NCBI GenBank assembly: GCA_036502025.1 | Contig: DASXZJ010000090.1 | Span: 1,540-65,539, forward strand | Direction of reading: 5' to 3' | Length of the DNA: 64,000 nucleotides | Source: Acidimicrobiales bacterium | Lineage (GTDB): Bacteria > Actinomycetota > Acidimicrobiia > Acidimicrobiales > RAAP-2 | Part shown: positions 17,493 to 26,755 of the stretch, piece after piece | Layout of the letters: the number at the start of each line of letters is the position of its first letter | Position numbering within the stretch: the first letter of the stretch is position 1 | Notes under the pieces: model-generated | Told to the model about the DNA's origin: nothing | The model's database searches: none | Seen by the model: only the letters and a program-made list of their open reading frames with translations | Translations under genes and position numbers: made by a program

Positions 17493-18967
17493 GCGACGAC
17501 GAGTTGAGCGACGAGCGCGACGAAGCGCTCGACAAAGAACCCGAACCAGGCCACCGCAACGTTCACGGGCACCGGCACGGGCACGCCCCGGACCCCGAGC
17601 TGGTGGAGCAGCAGGCCGAGCACGCACAGCGGGTGAAGGTCGAGGAGGCCATGCTCCGGGCCGAGACCTCCGAGGGGGCCCAGGAGCTGCTGCCCCGGGG
17701 CACCACGGCGGCCAGCGAGCTGCGCCGCGAGGTGGGCGCCGTGCTGCGACTGCCCGAGGGCAACTACATCGACCCGGGCGACATCGACTTCGAGCGCCGC
17801 GACGACCAGACCATGATCATCAACATGGGTCCCCAGCACCCCTCGACCCACGGGGTGTTGCGCCTCATGCTGGAGCTCGACGGCGAGACGGTGCTGCGCA
17901 CCAAGCCGGTCATCGGCTACCTGCACACCGGCATGGAGAAGACGGGCGAGGAGCTGACCTACGTCACCGGGGCGACCAACGTCACCCGCATGGACTACCT
18001 CTCGCCGCTCAGCAACGAGCTGGTGTTCTCCATGGCCACCGAGGCCCTGCTCGACGTGGAGGTGCCGCCCCGCGCCGTGTGGATCCGCATGCTGATGGCG
18101 GAACTGAACCGGGTGTCCTCCCACCTGATGTGGATGGCCACCAACGGCATGGACCTCGGCTCCACGTCCATGATGATCTACGGCTTCCGCGAGCGCGAGA
18201 TGATCCTCGCCTTCTTCGAGAAGACGACCGGCCTGCGCATGAACCTCAACTACATCCGTCCCGGCGGGGTGGCGGCCGACTTGCCCGACGGGTGGCAGGA
18301 CGACATCGAGGTCATCTGCGACACCATCTTCGCCCGCAGCTTTGAGTACGACGAGCTGCTCACCGGCCAGCCCATCTTCCGCGAGCGCACTGAGGCCGTG
18401 GGCAACCTGTCGGCCGAGGAGGCGCTGGCGCTGTCGGTGACCGGGCCTATCCTGCGCTCCACCGGCGTCCCGTGGGACCTGCGGCGGACCATGCCCTACC
18501 TGGCCTACGACAAGCTCGACTTCGACGTGATCATCGGCACCTACGGCGACAACTTCGACCGTTACTCGGTGCGCCTCAACGAGATCCGCGAGTCGATCAA
18601 GATGATCCGCCAGATCGCCGAGCAGATGCCGCCGGGGGACTACCGACTCCAGGATCGCAAGGTGACCCCGCCGCCGCGGGCCCGCATCGACGAGAGCATG
18701 GAAGCGCTCATCCATCATTTCAAGATCTTCACCGAGGGTTTCCGGGTGCCCGAGGGCGAGGTCTACGTGGCCGTCGAGTCACCCCGCGGCGAGCTCGGTT
18801 GCTACATGGTCTCCGACGGAACCTCCAAGCCCTACCGCATGCACATCCGGGCCCCGAGCTTCGTGAACCTCCAGGTGTTGCCGGTGCTGCTGCGCGGCGG
18901 CCTCATGGCCGATGCGGTGGCCGTGATTTCGTCGGTCGACCCCGTGCTGGGGGAGGTCGACCGGTGA
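17489..18967 (+). CDS. nuoD: NADH-quinone oxidoreductase subunit D (with an N-terminal acidic/His-rich extension)
   Basis: [15 protein letters not shown] and the C-terminal [13 protein letters not shown] overlap with nuoC. ATG 17651 is an alternative internal start. Confidence 0.9.
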   Translation: MSDDELSDERDEALDKEPEPGHRNVHGHRHGHAPDPELVEQQAEHAQRVKVEEAMLRAETSEGAQELLPRGTTAASELRREVGAVLRLPEGNYIDPGDIDFERRDDQTMIINMGPQHPSTHGVLRLMLELDGETVLRTKPVIGYLHTGMEKTGEELTYVTGATNVTRMDYLSPLSNELVFSMATEALLDVEVPPRAVWIRMLMAELNRVSSHLMWMATNGMDLGSTSMMIYGFREREMILAFFEKTTGLRMNLNYIRPGGVAADLPDGWQDDIEVICDTIFARSFEYDELLTGQPIFRERTEAVGNLSAEEALALSVTGPILRSTGVPWDLRRTMPYLAYDKLDFDVIIGTYGDNFDRYSVRLNEIRESIKMIRQIAEQMPPGDYRLQDRKVTPPPRARIDESMEALIHHFKIFTEGFRVPEGEVYVAVESPRGELGCYMVSDGTSKPYRMHIRAPSFVNLQVLPVLLRGGLMADAVAVISSVDPVLGEVDR

Positions 18968-19608
18968 GCCATCTGACCGCAGACCGCATGGAGCAGGCCC
19001 GGTCGCTGGTGGCGCTCTACCCCGAGCCCCGCTCGGCGCTGATCCCGCTGTGCCACCTGGCCCAGGAACAGGACGGTTGGCTACGGCCCGAGGCCATCCG
19101 CGACATCGCCGACCTCCTCGGCGTGACGGCGGCCGAGGTGCAGGGCACGGCGTCCTTCTACGACATGCTGCACCTCGAGCCGGTCGGCGCCTACGTCGTG
19201 GCGGTCTGCACCAACATCGCCTGCCTGCTGGGCGGGGCCCTCGAATTGCTCGAGCACGCCGAGTCGTCCCTCGGTGTGCGCGCCGGTGGGACGACGCCTG
19301 ACGGTCTCTTCACCCTGGAGGAGTCCGAGTGCCTGGCCGACTGCGACCGCACCCCGTGCGTGCAGGTCAACCACCGCTACGTCGGCGGGCAGACGGCCCA
19401 GTCCTTCGACCGGCTGGTGACCGACCTGCGCGCCGGCACGCTGGCCGACACCGTGCCCAACCACGGCACCCTGGTGCGGGTGCGGCGCAGCGTCGGGCTC
19501 CAGGCGGACAAGAAGGCCGTGGCGGCCGAGCGGGCCGCCGCTGCCGACGCCCAGAAGCGCCGGGCCGAGGCGGCCTCGCCGTCGATCCCGAGCGGGCAGG
19601 GGGGCTGA
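18964..19608 (+). CDS. nuoE: NADH-quinone oxidoreductase subunit E
   Basis: ALIPLCHLAQE, CTNIACLLGG and ECLADCDRTPC (2Fe-2S ligands). GTGA overlap with nuoD. Confidence 0.9.
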   Translation: MSHLTADRMEQARSLVALYPEPRSALIPLCHLAQEQDGWLRPEAIRDIADLLGVTAAEVQGTASFYDMLHLEPVGAYVVAVCTNIACLLGGALELLEHAESSLGVRAGGTTPDGLFTLEESECLADCDRTPCVQVNHRYVGGQTAQSFDRLVTDLRAGTLADTVPNHGTLVRVRRSVGLQADKKAVAAERAAAADAQKRRAEAASPSIPSGQGG

Positions 19609-19613
19609 GCGCC

Positions 19614-20918
19614 GTGGCCATCACCGACGCCCCCAAGATCGTCACCGCCCGTCTCGGGTTCGAGGACTCGCACACCCTGGAGCGCTATCTGGCCACCGGG
19701 GGCTACGAAGGGTTGCGCAAGGCCCTCACCATGGCGCCCGAAGCCGTGGCCCACGAGGTCGACGTGGCCAGCCTGCTGGGCCGGGGCGGGGCCGGGTTCC
19801 CGGCCGGCCGCAAGTGGTCGATGCTGCGCAAGAACCCGGTCACCTACCTGGTGATCAACGGCGACGAGAGCGAGCCGGCCACCTTCAAGGACCACCTGCT
19901 CATTGAGCGCGATCCGCACCAGATCATCGAGGGCGTCCTCATCAGCGCCTACGCGCTCGGGGTCACGCAGGCCTTCATCTACCTGCGCGGCGAGTTCGCC
20001 CTCGGGCTCGAGCGCATGACGGCGGCGTTGAACGACGCCTACGCCCACGGCGCGGCCGGCGCCGACATCTTCGGCTCGGGCTTCTCGCTCGATGTGGTGG
20101 TCCACCCCGGCGCCGGGGCCTACATCTGCGGCGAGGAGACGGCGCTGCTCGAGTCGCTCGAGGGCAAGCGCGGCTTCCCCCGCATCAAGCCCCCGTTCTT
20201 CCCGGCCGTGCACGGCCTCTACGGCGAGCCGACGGTGGTCAACAACGTCGAGACCATGGCCAACATCCCGTGGATCATCACCAACGGGGGCGCCGCCTTC
20301 GCCGCCCTCGGCGAGGGCAAGTCGACCGGCACCCGCCTCTTCGCCCTGGCCGGCCACGTGCGCAACCCGGGCACCTACGAGCTCGAGATGGTCAAGACCA
20401 CCTTCCGCGACATCATTTACGCCCCCGTGCTGGGCGGCGGCATCAGCGGCGGCCGGGACCTCAAGGCCTTCATCCCCGGCGGGGTCTCCGCGCCCTGGTT
20501 CGGGCCCGACCAGGTCGATCTCCCGCTCGGCCAGGACGAGGTGGGAAACGCCGGCTCCATGCTCGGGTCCGGCTCCATTGTGGTCATGGACTCCTCCACC
20601 TGCGTGGTGCGGGCCGCCTGGCGCATCACCAAGTTCTTCTCCCGCGAGTCGTGCGGCCAGTGCACGCCGTGCCGCGAGGGGGCGGGCTGGCTGGAGCGCA
20701 TCCTCTACCGGATCGAGAACGGCGCCGGCCGCGAGGAGGATCTCGACCTGCTGATGGACCTGTGCGACAACATCTCGCCCGGCGTGGCCTGGCCGCCGCA
20801 ACAGACCACCATCTGCGTGCTCGGCCCCTCCATCCCGTCGTCGATCGCCTCGGGCATCCGCATGTTCCGCGACGAGTTCCTCGTCCACGTCAAGGACGGG
20901 GGGTGCCCCTTTGACTGA
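19614..20918 (+). CDS. nuoF: NADH-quinone oxidoreductase subunit F
   Basis: GRGGAGFPAGRKW (FMN/NADH site) and ESCGQCTPCREG (N3 cluster). Confidence 0.95.
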   Translation: MAITDAPKIVTARLGFEDSHTLERYLATGGYEGLRKALTMAPEAVAHEVDVASLLGRGGAGFPAGRKWSMLRKNPVTYLVINGDESEPATFKDHLLIERDPHQIIEGVLISAYALGVTQAFIYLRGEFALGLERMTAALNDAYAHGAAGADIFGSGFSLDVVVHPGAGAYICGEETALLESLEGKRGFPRIKPPFFPAVHGLYGEPTVVNNVETMANIPWIITNGGAAFAALGEGKSTGTRLFALAGHVRNPGTYELEMVKTTFRDIIYAPVLGGGISGGRDLKAFIPGGVSAPWFGPDQVDLPLGQDEVGNAGSMLGSGSIVVMDSSTCVVRAAWRITKFFSRESCGQCTPCREGAGWLERILYRIENGAGREEDLDLLMDLCDNISPGVAWPPQQTTICVLGPSIPSSIASGIRMFRDEFLVHVKDGGCPFD

Positions 20919-23772
20919 CGCCGCCAACACGAATAAGACAGAAGAGCTCACGCTCGACCTCGACGGTCGCACCATCGCGGCCAAGCCGGGCGAGATGCTC
21001 ATTGCCGCCGCCGAGCGGGCCGGGACCTACATCCCACGCTTCTGCTACCACCCCCGCATGGAGCCCGTCGGCATGTGCCGCATGTGCCTGGTCGAGGTGG
21101 ACGGCCCGCGCGGGGCCACGCTGCAGCCGGCCTGCTTCATCGCGGTGGCTCAGGACATGAAGGTCGACACCACCTCGGACAAGGTCAAGAAGGCCCAGGA
21201 CGGGGTGCTGGAGTTCCTGCTGGCCAACCACCCGCTCGACTGCCCGGTCTGCGACAAGGGGGGCGAGTGCCCGCTCCAGGACCAGACGCTGGCCTACGGG
21301 CCCGGGGAGAGCCGCTTCATTGAGGAGAAGCGCCACTTCGAGAAGCCCATCGCCATCTCGGACCTGGTGCTGCTCGACCGCGAGCGCTGCATCCAGTGCG
21401 CCCGCTGCACCCGGTTCGCCGCCGAGGTGGCCGGGGAGGCGCAGATCGACTTCGCCGGCCGGGGCGAGCACGTCGAGGTGGCCACCTTCCCGACCGAACC
21501 GTTCTCCTCCTACTTCAGCGGCAACACGGTGCAGATCTGCCCGGTGGGTGCGCTCACCGCCACCCCGTACCGCTTCACGGCCCGACCCTGGGACCTCGAT
21601 CAGGTGGAGTCCACCTGCACGGCCTGCTCGGTCGGCTGCCGGGTGGCGGTCCAGTCCTCGTCCAACCGGCTGACCCGCTTGCTCGGCATCGACTCGGACC
21701 CGGTCAACCACGGCTGGCTGTGCGACAAGGGGCGCTTCGCCTTCGAGTCGGTCAACGGCGACGAGGTCGACGCCTCCCCGCGCGAGGAGGCCCTGGCCGA
21801 CGAGGCCGTCGATGTCGCCCCCGCCACCGCGGCCCAGGTCGTCAGCCTCGGGGTGACCCGCGGCCAGTTCCTGGGCCAGGCCCGCGAGACCGGTCGCTTC
21901 GAGCACGGCCGCCTGATAGAGCCCCGGGTCCGCAAGAGCGGCGAGTTGGTCGCGGTGAGCTGGAGCGAGGCCCTGGCCGCCGCGGCCGAGGGACTCCAGA
22001 AGGCCTGCACCGCCGGCGGCCCGAGCGCCGTGGCCATGATCGGCGGCGCCCGCCTGACCAACGAATCGGCCTACGCCTGGGCCAAGCTGGCCAAGGGCAT
22101 CATCGGCACCGATTCGGTCGACGCCCAGCTGGGCGACGGCCTGCCGGCCGAGCTGGTCCTCGGCCTGCCCCGGGCCACCATCGACGCCGCCTGCGCCGCG
22201 CCGCTGCTCATCACCCTCTCGGGTGACCTGCGCGAGGAGCTGCCCGTGCTCTTCCTGCGTCTGCGCGAGGCCGTCATCGGCTCGACCGCCCTCATTGAGA
22301 TGTCACCGACCGCGACCGCCCTCACGCCGTTGGCGGCGGCCTCACTTCCCATCCGACCCGGCGAAGCCCCCGACCTGGCCCGCGCCCTGTGCGGTGACGA
22401 CGCCGCCGTGGCCGCGCTGGCCACCCACCCCGAGGGCTCGGCCCTGACGCCGCAGGCGCTGGCCGCCGCCCGGGCTCTGCTGGCCGCCCATCCCGGGGGG
22501 TCGGGCGTGGTCATCGTGCTGGGCCGCCCGTCCTACGCCGAGTCGGGCGAGGTGGTGGCCGAGGCCGCCCGCCTGCTCGCCGCCGCGCTGCCGCAGGCGA
22601 CCTTCCTGCCGGCGCTCCGCCGCGGCAACGTCTTCGGCGCCCTCGACATGGGCCTGGCCCCGGGCCTGCTGCCCGGCCGGGTCAGCCTCGACGCCGGCCG
22701 GGCGTGGTTCACCGCCGCCTGGGGCGCCGTGCCCGCCGCGCCCGGGCTCGACACGGCCGGCATCCTCTCCTCCATGGCCGGCGAGTCCCCGGCCGTCACC
22801 GCCTTGGTCCTGCTGGGTTCGGACCCGCTGAGCGACTTCCCCGACCACGCCGCGGCCGAGGCCGCGTTGTCGGCCGGGCACTTCATCGTGGCGGTGACCG
22901 GGCACCCCTCGGCCTCGGTCGACGCCCACGCCGACGTCGTCCTACCCTGCGCCGTGGCGCACGAGCGGCCGGGGACGACCACCAACCTGGAGGGCCGGGT
23001 GACCCGGCTGGGCCAGAAGCTGACCGCGCCCGGCTTCGCCTGGCCGGACTGGATGATCGCCGCCGAGCTGGCCGCCGCCCTGGGCGCCGACCTGGGCGTG
23101 AGCAGCGCCAACGACCTGGCCGACGAGCTACACCTCACCGCGCCGGCGTACGCCGGGCTGACCGCCGCCGTCCTCAACTCCGACGTCGCCCACGACGGGA
23201 TCCTGGTGCCCATCGCCCCCGGGTTCGTGAGCCGGGCCGACGTCGAGCCGATCGACCCGGTCGCCCTGCCCGGCGTCGAGTCGGTGGAGCGTCAGGGCGC
23301 CCCGCCGCGCAGCGGTTCGGCCGGCGGCGACGGCTCGGTCAGGGCGCGCATCGCTGCCCTGGGTGCCGCCCCCGCTTTGCTGTCGGGGCTCGGTGCGTCC
23401 GAGGGCGCCGGCGCGTCCCACGTCCCCCCCGCCGACAACTACGCCCTCCGGCTGGTGGCCACCCGCTACCTCTACGACGCCGGGAGCTCGGTGACCGGCT
23501 CGCCCTCGCTCACGCCGCTGGTGCCGCGCCTGGTCGTCCGGGCCAATCCCTACGATCTCGACCGCCTGGGCGCCAAGACAGGCGATCAGGTCCGACTGCG
23601 CTCGTCGCGCGGCCAGCTGGTGTTGACCGCCGAGGCCGACGGCCGCGTCCCCAAGGGCGTGGTGGCCGTCAACTTCAACGTGCCCGTCGGCCCCGAGGCG
23701 CCGGGCAACGCGGTGGCCTCGCTCATCGATAGCCGCCAGAACGTGACCGAAGTCCGCCTGGAGTCGGTGTGA
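20911..23772 (+). CDS. nuoG: NADH-quinone oxidoreductase subunit G (953 aa)
   Basis: CYHPRMEPVGMCRMCLVEV, HPLDCPVCDKGGECPLQD and CIQCARCTRF, followed by a molybdopterin-like domain. Confidence 0.9.
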   Translation: MTDAANTNKTEELTLDLDGRTIAAKPGEMLIAAAERAGTYIPRFCYHPRMEPVGMCRMCLVEVDGPRGATLQPACFIAVAQDMKVDTTSDKVKKAQDGVLEFLLANHPLDCPVCDKGGECPLQDQTLAYGPGESRFIEEKRHFEKPIAISDLVLLDRERCIQCARCTRFAAEVAGEAQIDFAGRGEHVEVATFPTEPFSSYFSGNTVQICPVGALTATPYRFTARPWDLDQVESTCTACSVGCRVAVQSSSNRLTRLLGIDSDPVNHGWLCDKGRFAFESVNGDEVDASPREEALADEAVDVAPATAAQVVSLGVTRGQFLGQARETGRFEHGRLIEPRVRKSGELVAVSWSEALAAAAEGLQKACTAGGPSAVAMIGGARLTNESAYAWAKLAKGIIGTDSVDAQLGDGLPAELVLGLPRATIDAACAAPLLITLSGDLREELPVLFLRLREAVIGSTALIEMSPTATALTPLAAASLPIRPGEAPDLARALCGDDAAVAALATHPEGSALTPQALAAARALLAAHPGGSGVVIVLGRPSYAESGEVVAEAARLLAAALPQATFLPALRRGNVFGALDMGLAPGLLPGRVSLDAGRAWFTAAWGAVPAAPGLDTAGILSSMAGESPAVTALVLLGSDPLSDFPDHAAAEAALSAGHFIVAVTGHPSASVDAHADVVLPCAVAHERPGTTTNLEGRVTRLGQKLTAPGFAWPDWMIAAELAAALGADLGVSSANDLADELHLTAPAYAGLTAAVLNSDVAHDGILVPIAPGFVSRADVEPIDPVALPGVESVERQGAPPRSGSAGGDGSVRARIAALGAAPALLSGLGASEGAGASHVPPADNYALRLVATRYLYDAGSSVTGSPSLTPLVPRLVVRANPYDLDRLGAKTGDQVRLRSSRGQLVLTAEADGRVPKGVVAVNFNVPVGPEAPGNAVASLIDSRQNVTEVRLESV

Positions 23773-24983
23773 TCGGCACCGACTCCCTCTTCGCCCAGGG
23801 CATCAACTGGGAAGTCATCGTCATCGTGGTGGTCAAGGTCCTGGTCGCCTTCGTGGTGCTGCTCATCGCGACGGCGATGATGGTCTGGTTCGAGCGCAAG
23901 GTGATTTCGGATATGCAGAGCCGGATCGGCCCCAACCGGGCCGGGCCGTGGGGGCTGCTCCAGTCCTTCGCCGACGTGACCAAGCTCATCTTCAAGGAGG
24001 ACCTCCTCCCCGAGCAGGCCGACCACTTCGTGTTCAAGCTGGCCCCCTACCTCTCGGTGGTGCCGGCGTTCCTGGTCTTCGCCGTGGTCCCGGTCGGCGG
24101 CATCCTGCGGTTGGGCAGCCACACCTTCGAGCTGCAGATCTCGGACCCGCCGATGGGCATCCTCTTCGTGCTGGCCATGTCGGGCATCGCGGTCTACGGC
24201 GTGATGCTGGCCGGGTGGTCGTCGGGGTCGAAGTACCCCCTCCTCGGCTCGGTCCGCGCCTCGGCCCAGGTCATCTCCTACGAGGCCGCTCTCGGCATGT
24301 CGGTGGTGATGGTGGTGCTGGTCAGCCACTCGCTCTCCACCCGGGCCATCGTCAACGCGCAGTCCAACGGGTTCTGGAACTGGAACCTGATCCGGCTTGG
24401 CTTCCTGCCCTTCATCTTCTTCATGATCGCCATCACGGCGGAGCTGACCCGGCCGCCCTTCGACCTGACCGAGGCGGACTCCGAACTGGTCGGCGGGTTC
24501 CACACCGAGTACGCCTCCATCCGCTTCGGCCTCTTCTACCTGGCCGAGTTCATGAACACCATCACCATGTCGGCCGTCGTGGTCACCCTCTTCTTCGGCG
24601 GGCCCAACGGGTGGATCCCGCGCTTCATCCCCACCTCGGACATCTGGATGCCGATCATCTGGTTCCTGCTCAAGACGGTGGCCTTCTGCTTCATCTACGT
24701 CTGGTTCCGGGCCGCCCTGCCCCGGCTGCGCTACGACCAGCTCATGGACCTGGGGTGGAAGCGCCTCATCCCCATGTCGCTGGCCTGGCTCCTCCTGGTG
24801 GCCGCCGTCGTCACCTGGCACTGGCGCGGGTTGATCCTGGTGCCGGTCGTGCTGGTGGCGGCCGTGCTGCTGACCCGGGCCAACCAGCTGGGGGCCGGCC
24901 GCAGCGAGCAGGAGTCCGTTCTGCCGTCCGTCGGGCAGCGCCTGACGCCGGCGCCCCGGACCCCTGAGGGTGGTGACTCGTAA
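23769..24983 (+). CDS. nuoH: NADH-quinone oxidoreductase subunit H
   Basis: ERKVISDMQSRIGPNRAGPWGLLQSFAD and EYASIRFGLFYLAEF. GTGA overlap with nuoG. Confidence 0.95.
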   Translation: MIGTDSLFAQGINWEVIVIVVVKVLVAFVVLLIATAMMVWFERKVISDMQSRIGPNRAGPWGLLQSFADVTKLIFKEDLLPEQADHFVFKLAPYLSVVPAFLVFAVVPVGGILRLGSHTFELQISDPPMGILFVLAMSGIAVYGVMLAGWSSGSKYPLLGSVRASAQVISYEAALGMSVVMVVLVSHSLSTRAIVNAQSNGFWNWNLIRLGFLPFIFFMIAITAELTRPPFDLTEADSELVGGFHTEYASIRFGLFYLAEFMNTITMSAVVVTLFFGGPNGWIPRFIPTSDIWMPIIWFLLKTVAFCFIYVWFRAALPRLRYDQLMDLGWKRLIPMSLAWLLLVAAVVTWHWRGLILVPVVLVAAVLLTRANQLGAGRSEQESVLPSVGQRLTPAPRTPEGGDS

Positions 24984-25819
24984 TGGGCGTGGGCGACGAG
25001 ATGAAGGACCAGCTCAGCTTCCTCGGTGGCTTCAAGCTGACCTTCCAGCACCTGACCCGGCCCCGGGTCACCACCCAGTACCCCGACGAGAAGAAGCCCA
25101 AGCAACCGCGCCAGCACGGCCGCCACGTCCTCAACCGTTACGAGGACGGCATGGAGAAGTGCATCGGCTGCGAGCTGTGCGCCGGGGTGTGCCCGGCCGA
25201 CTGCATCTACGTGCGCGGACTGGACAACCCGCCCGACCACCCGGTCTCCCCGGGTGAGCGCTACGGCTACGTCTACGAGATCAACTACCTGCGCTGCATC
25301 CACTGCGACATGTGCGTGGAGGCCTGCCCGACGGAGGCCATCACCGAGTCCAAGCTCTTCGAGTTCTCCTTCACCAACCGCTCTGACGCCATTTACACCA
25401 AGGACGAGCTGCTGGTCGACGACCAGGGCCTGCCCCAGAAGCTCCCGTGGGAGGACTGGCGCGAGGGCGACGACATGATGACCTCGGGCTGGATGCGAGC
25501 CACCTCGCCCTCGGGCAGCGCGGCCTACGAAGGTGAGGTGCAGTGGTCCGGTGAGCTGGGCTACGGCACCCGCGCCCCGGAAGGCGGCCAGTCCGGCCGG
25601 CGTGACGACGAGCTGACCGGCACCAAGCCCCTGCGCGAGATCCTCGAGGCCCACCTGCTGGACGAGGACATCCCGTTGGCCCACCGGGGCATGCAGGGCC
25701 GCCTCTGGCGGGCCAAGACGGGCGCGGCACGGAACAAGAAGAAGATGGAGGCCACCCGGGCCCGCCTCAAGGAGCTGCGGGCGGCGCGCAAGACGGCCAA
25801 GAGCGGCGGGGCGGCCTGA
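24983..25819 (+). CDS. nuoI: NADH-quinone oxidoreductase subunit I (with a C-terminal extension of about 100 aa)
   Basis: Two ferredoxin motifs, CIGCELCAGVCP and CIHCDMCVEACP. Confidence 0.9.
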   Translation: MGVGDEMKDQLSFLGGFKLTFQHLTRPRVTTQYPDEKKPKQPRQHGRHVLNRYEDGMEKCIGCELCAGVCPADCIYVRGLDNPPDHPVSPGERYGYVYEINYLRCIHCDMCVEACPTEAITESKLFEFSFTNRSDAIYTKDELLVDDQGLPQKLPWEDWREGDDMMTSGWMRATSPSGSAAYEGEVQWSGELGYGTRAPEGGQSGRRDDELTGTKPLREILEAHLLDEDIPLAHRGMQGRLWRAKTGAARNKKKMEATRARLKELRAARKTAKSGGAA

Positions 25820-26445
25820 TGCTCCACGTCACCCTTCTGCTGGCTTCGACGCGCCCGGCCTGGCCGGACATCCTGGTCTTCGCGGCGAGCGCGGCGGTGA
25901 TCCTCGTCGGTGCCGTGGGCGTGGTCACCTCGCGCAACCCGGTGCACGCGGCCCTGAGCTTGGTCATGACCCTCTTCGGCGTGGCCGTGCTCTTCATCGA
26001 GCAGGAGGCCGACTTCCTCGCCGCCGTGCAGATCATCGTCTACGCCGGCGCCATCGTGGTGCTCTTCCTCTTCGTGATCATGTTCCTCGGCGTCGACCGG
26101 CGGGAGGACATCGAGACCGAGCCGCTGGCCGGCCAGCGCCCGCTGGCCTTCGTCATGGTCGCCATCACGCTGGCCGGCCTGTTCGCCATGTTCGTCACGG
26201 CGCACTGGGTCACCGGCGCGCACCGGGTGGTCGGGCCGATCCAGGGCCGCATCAGCGACGCCGGCTCTCCGTCGGGCGAGGTGGCCCAACTGGGCCGGCA
26301 GCTGTTCACGACCTACCTGTTCGCCTTCGAAGCCACGGCGGCCCTCCTGGTCATCGCCGTGGTCGGCGCCGTGGTGCTGGCCCGCCGGCCACCGGTAGCC
26401 CAGGATCCCGAAAAAGAGCGGGCGGAAAGCGAGCTCTCCTCATGA
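25819..26445 (+). CDS. nuoJ: NADH-quinone oxidoreductase subunit J
   Basis: Operon position, a hydrophobic 208-aa product, and FLAAVQIIVYAGAIVVLFLFVIM. Confidence 0.85.
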   Translation: MLHVTLLLASTRPAWPDILVFAASAAVILVGAVGVVTSRNPVHAALSLVMTLFGVAVLFIEQEADFLAAVQIIVYAGAIVVLFLFVIMFLGVDRREDIETEPLAGQRPLAFVMVAITLAGLFAMFVTAHWVTGAHRVVGPIQGRISDAGSPSGEVAQLGRQLFTTYLFAFEATAALLVIAVVGAVVLARRPPVAQDPEKERAESELSS

Positions 26446-26747
26446 GCCTCAACGGCGCGTGGTACCTGGGCCTGGCCGCGGTGGTGTTCTCCATCGGTGC
26501 CATCGGACTGATGGTCCGGCGCAATGTGCTGATCATGTTCATGTGCATTGAGCTCATGCTCAACGCGGCCAACCTGACCTTCGTGACCTTCGCCCGCATG
26601 CTGGGGGACATCGGGGGCCAGGCCATCGTCTTCTTCGTCCTGGTGGTGGCGGCCGCCGAGGTCGTGGTCGGCCTGGGCATCGTGGTCACCAACTTCCGGC
26701 GCCGGTCGACCACCGTGGCCGACGACCTCCACTCCCTGAAGGGCTGA
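26442..26747 (+). CDS. nuoK: NADH-quinone oxidoreductase subunit K
   Basis: 101 aa with 3 TM. MFMCIELMLNAANL and AAAEVVVGLGIVV. ATGA overlap with nuoJ. Confidence 0.9.
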   Translation: MSLNGAWYLGLAAVVFSIGAIGLMVRRNVLIMFMCIELMLNAANLTFVTFARMLGDIGGQAIVFFVLVVAAAEVVVGLGIVVTNFRRRSTTVADDLHSLKG

Positions 26748-26755
26748 CCGAAACC

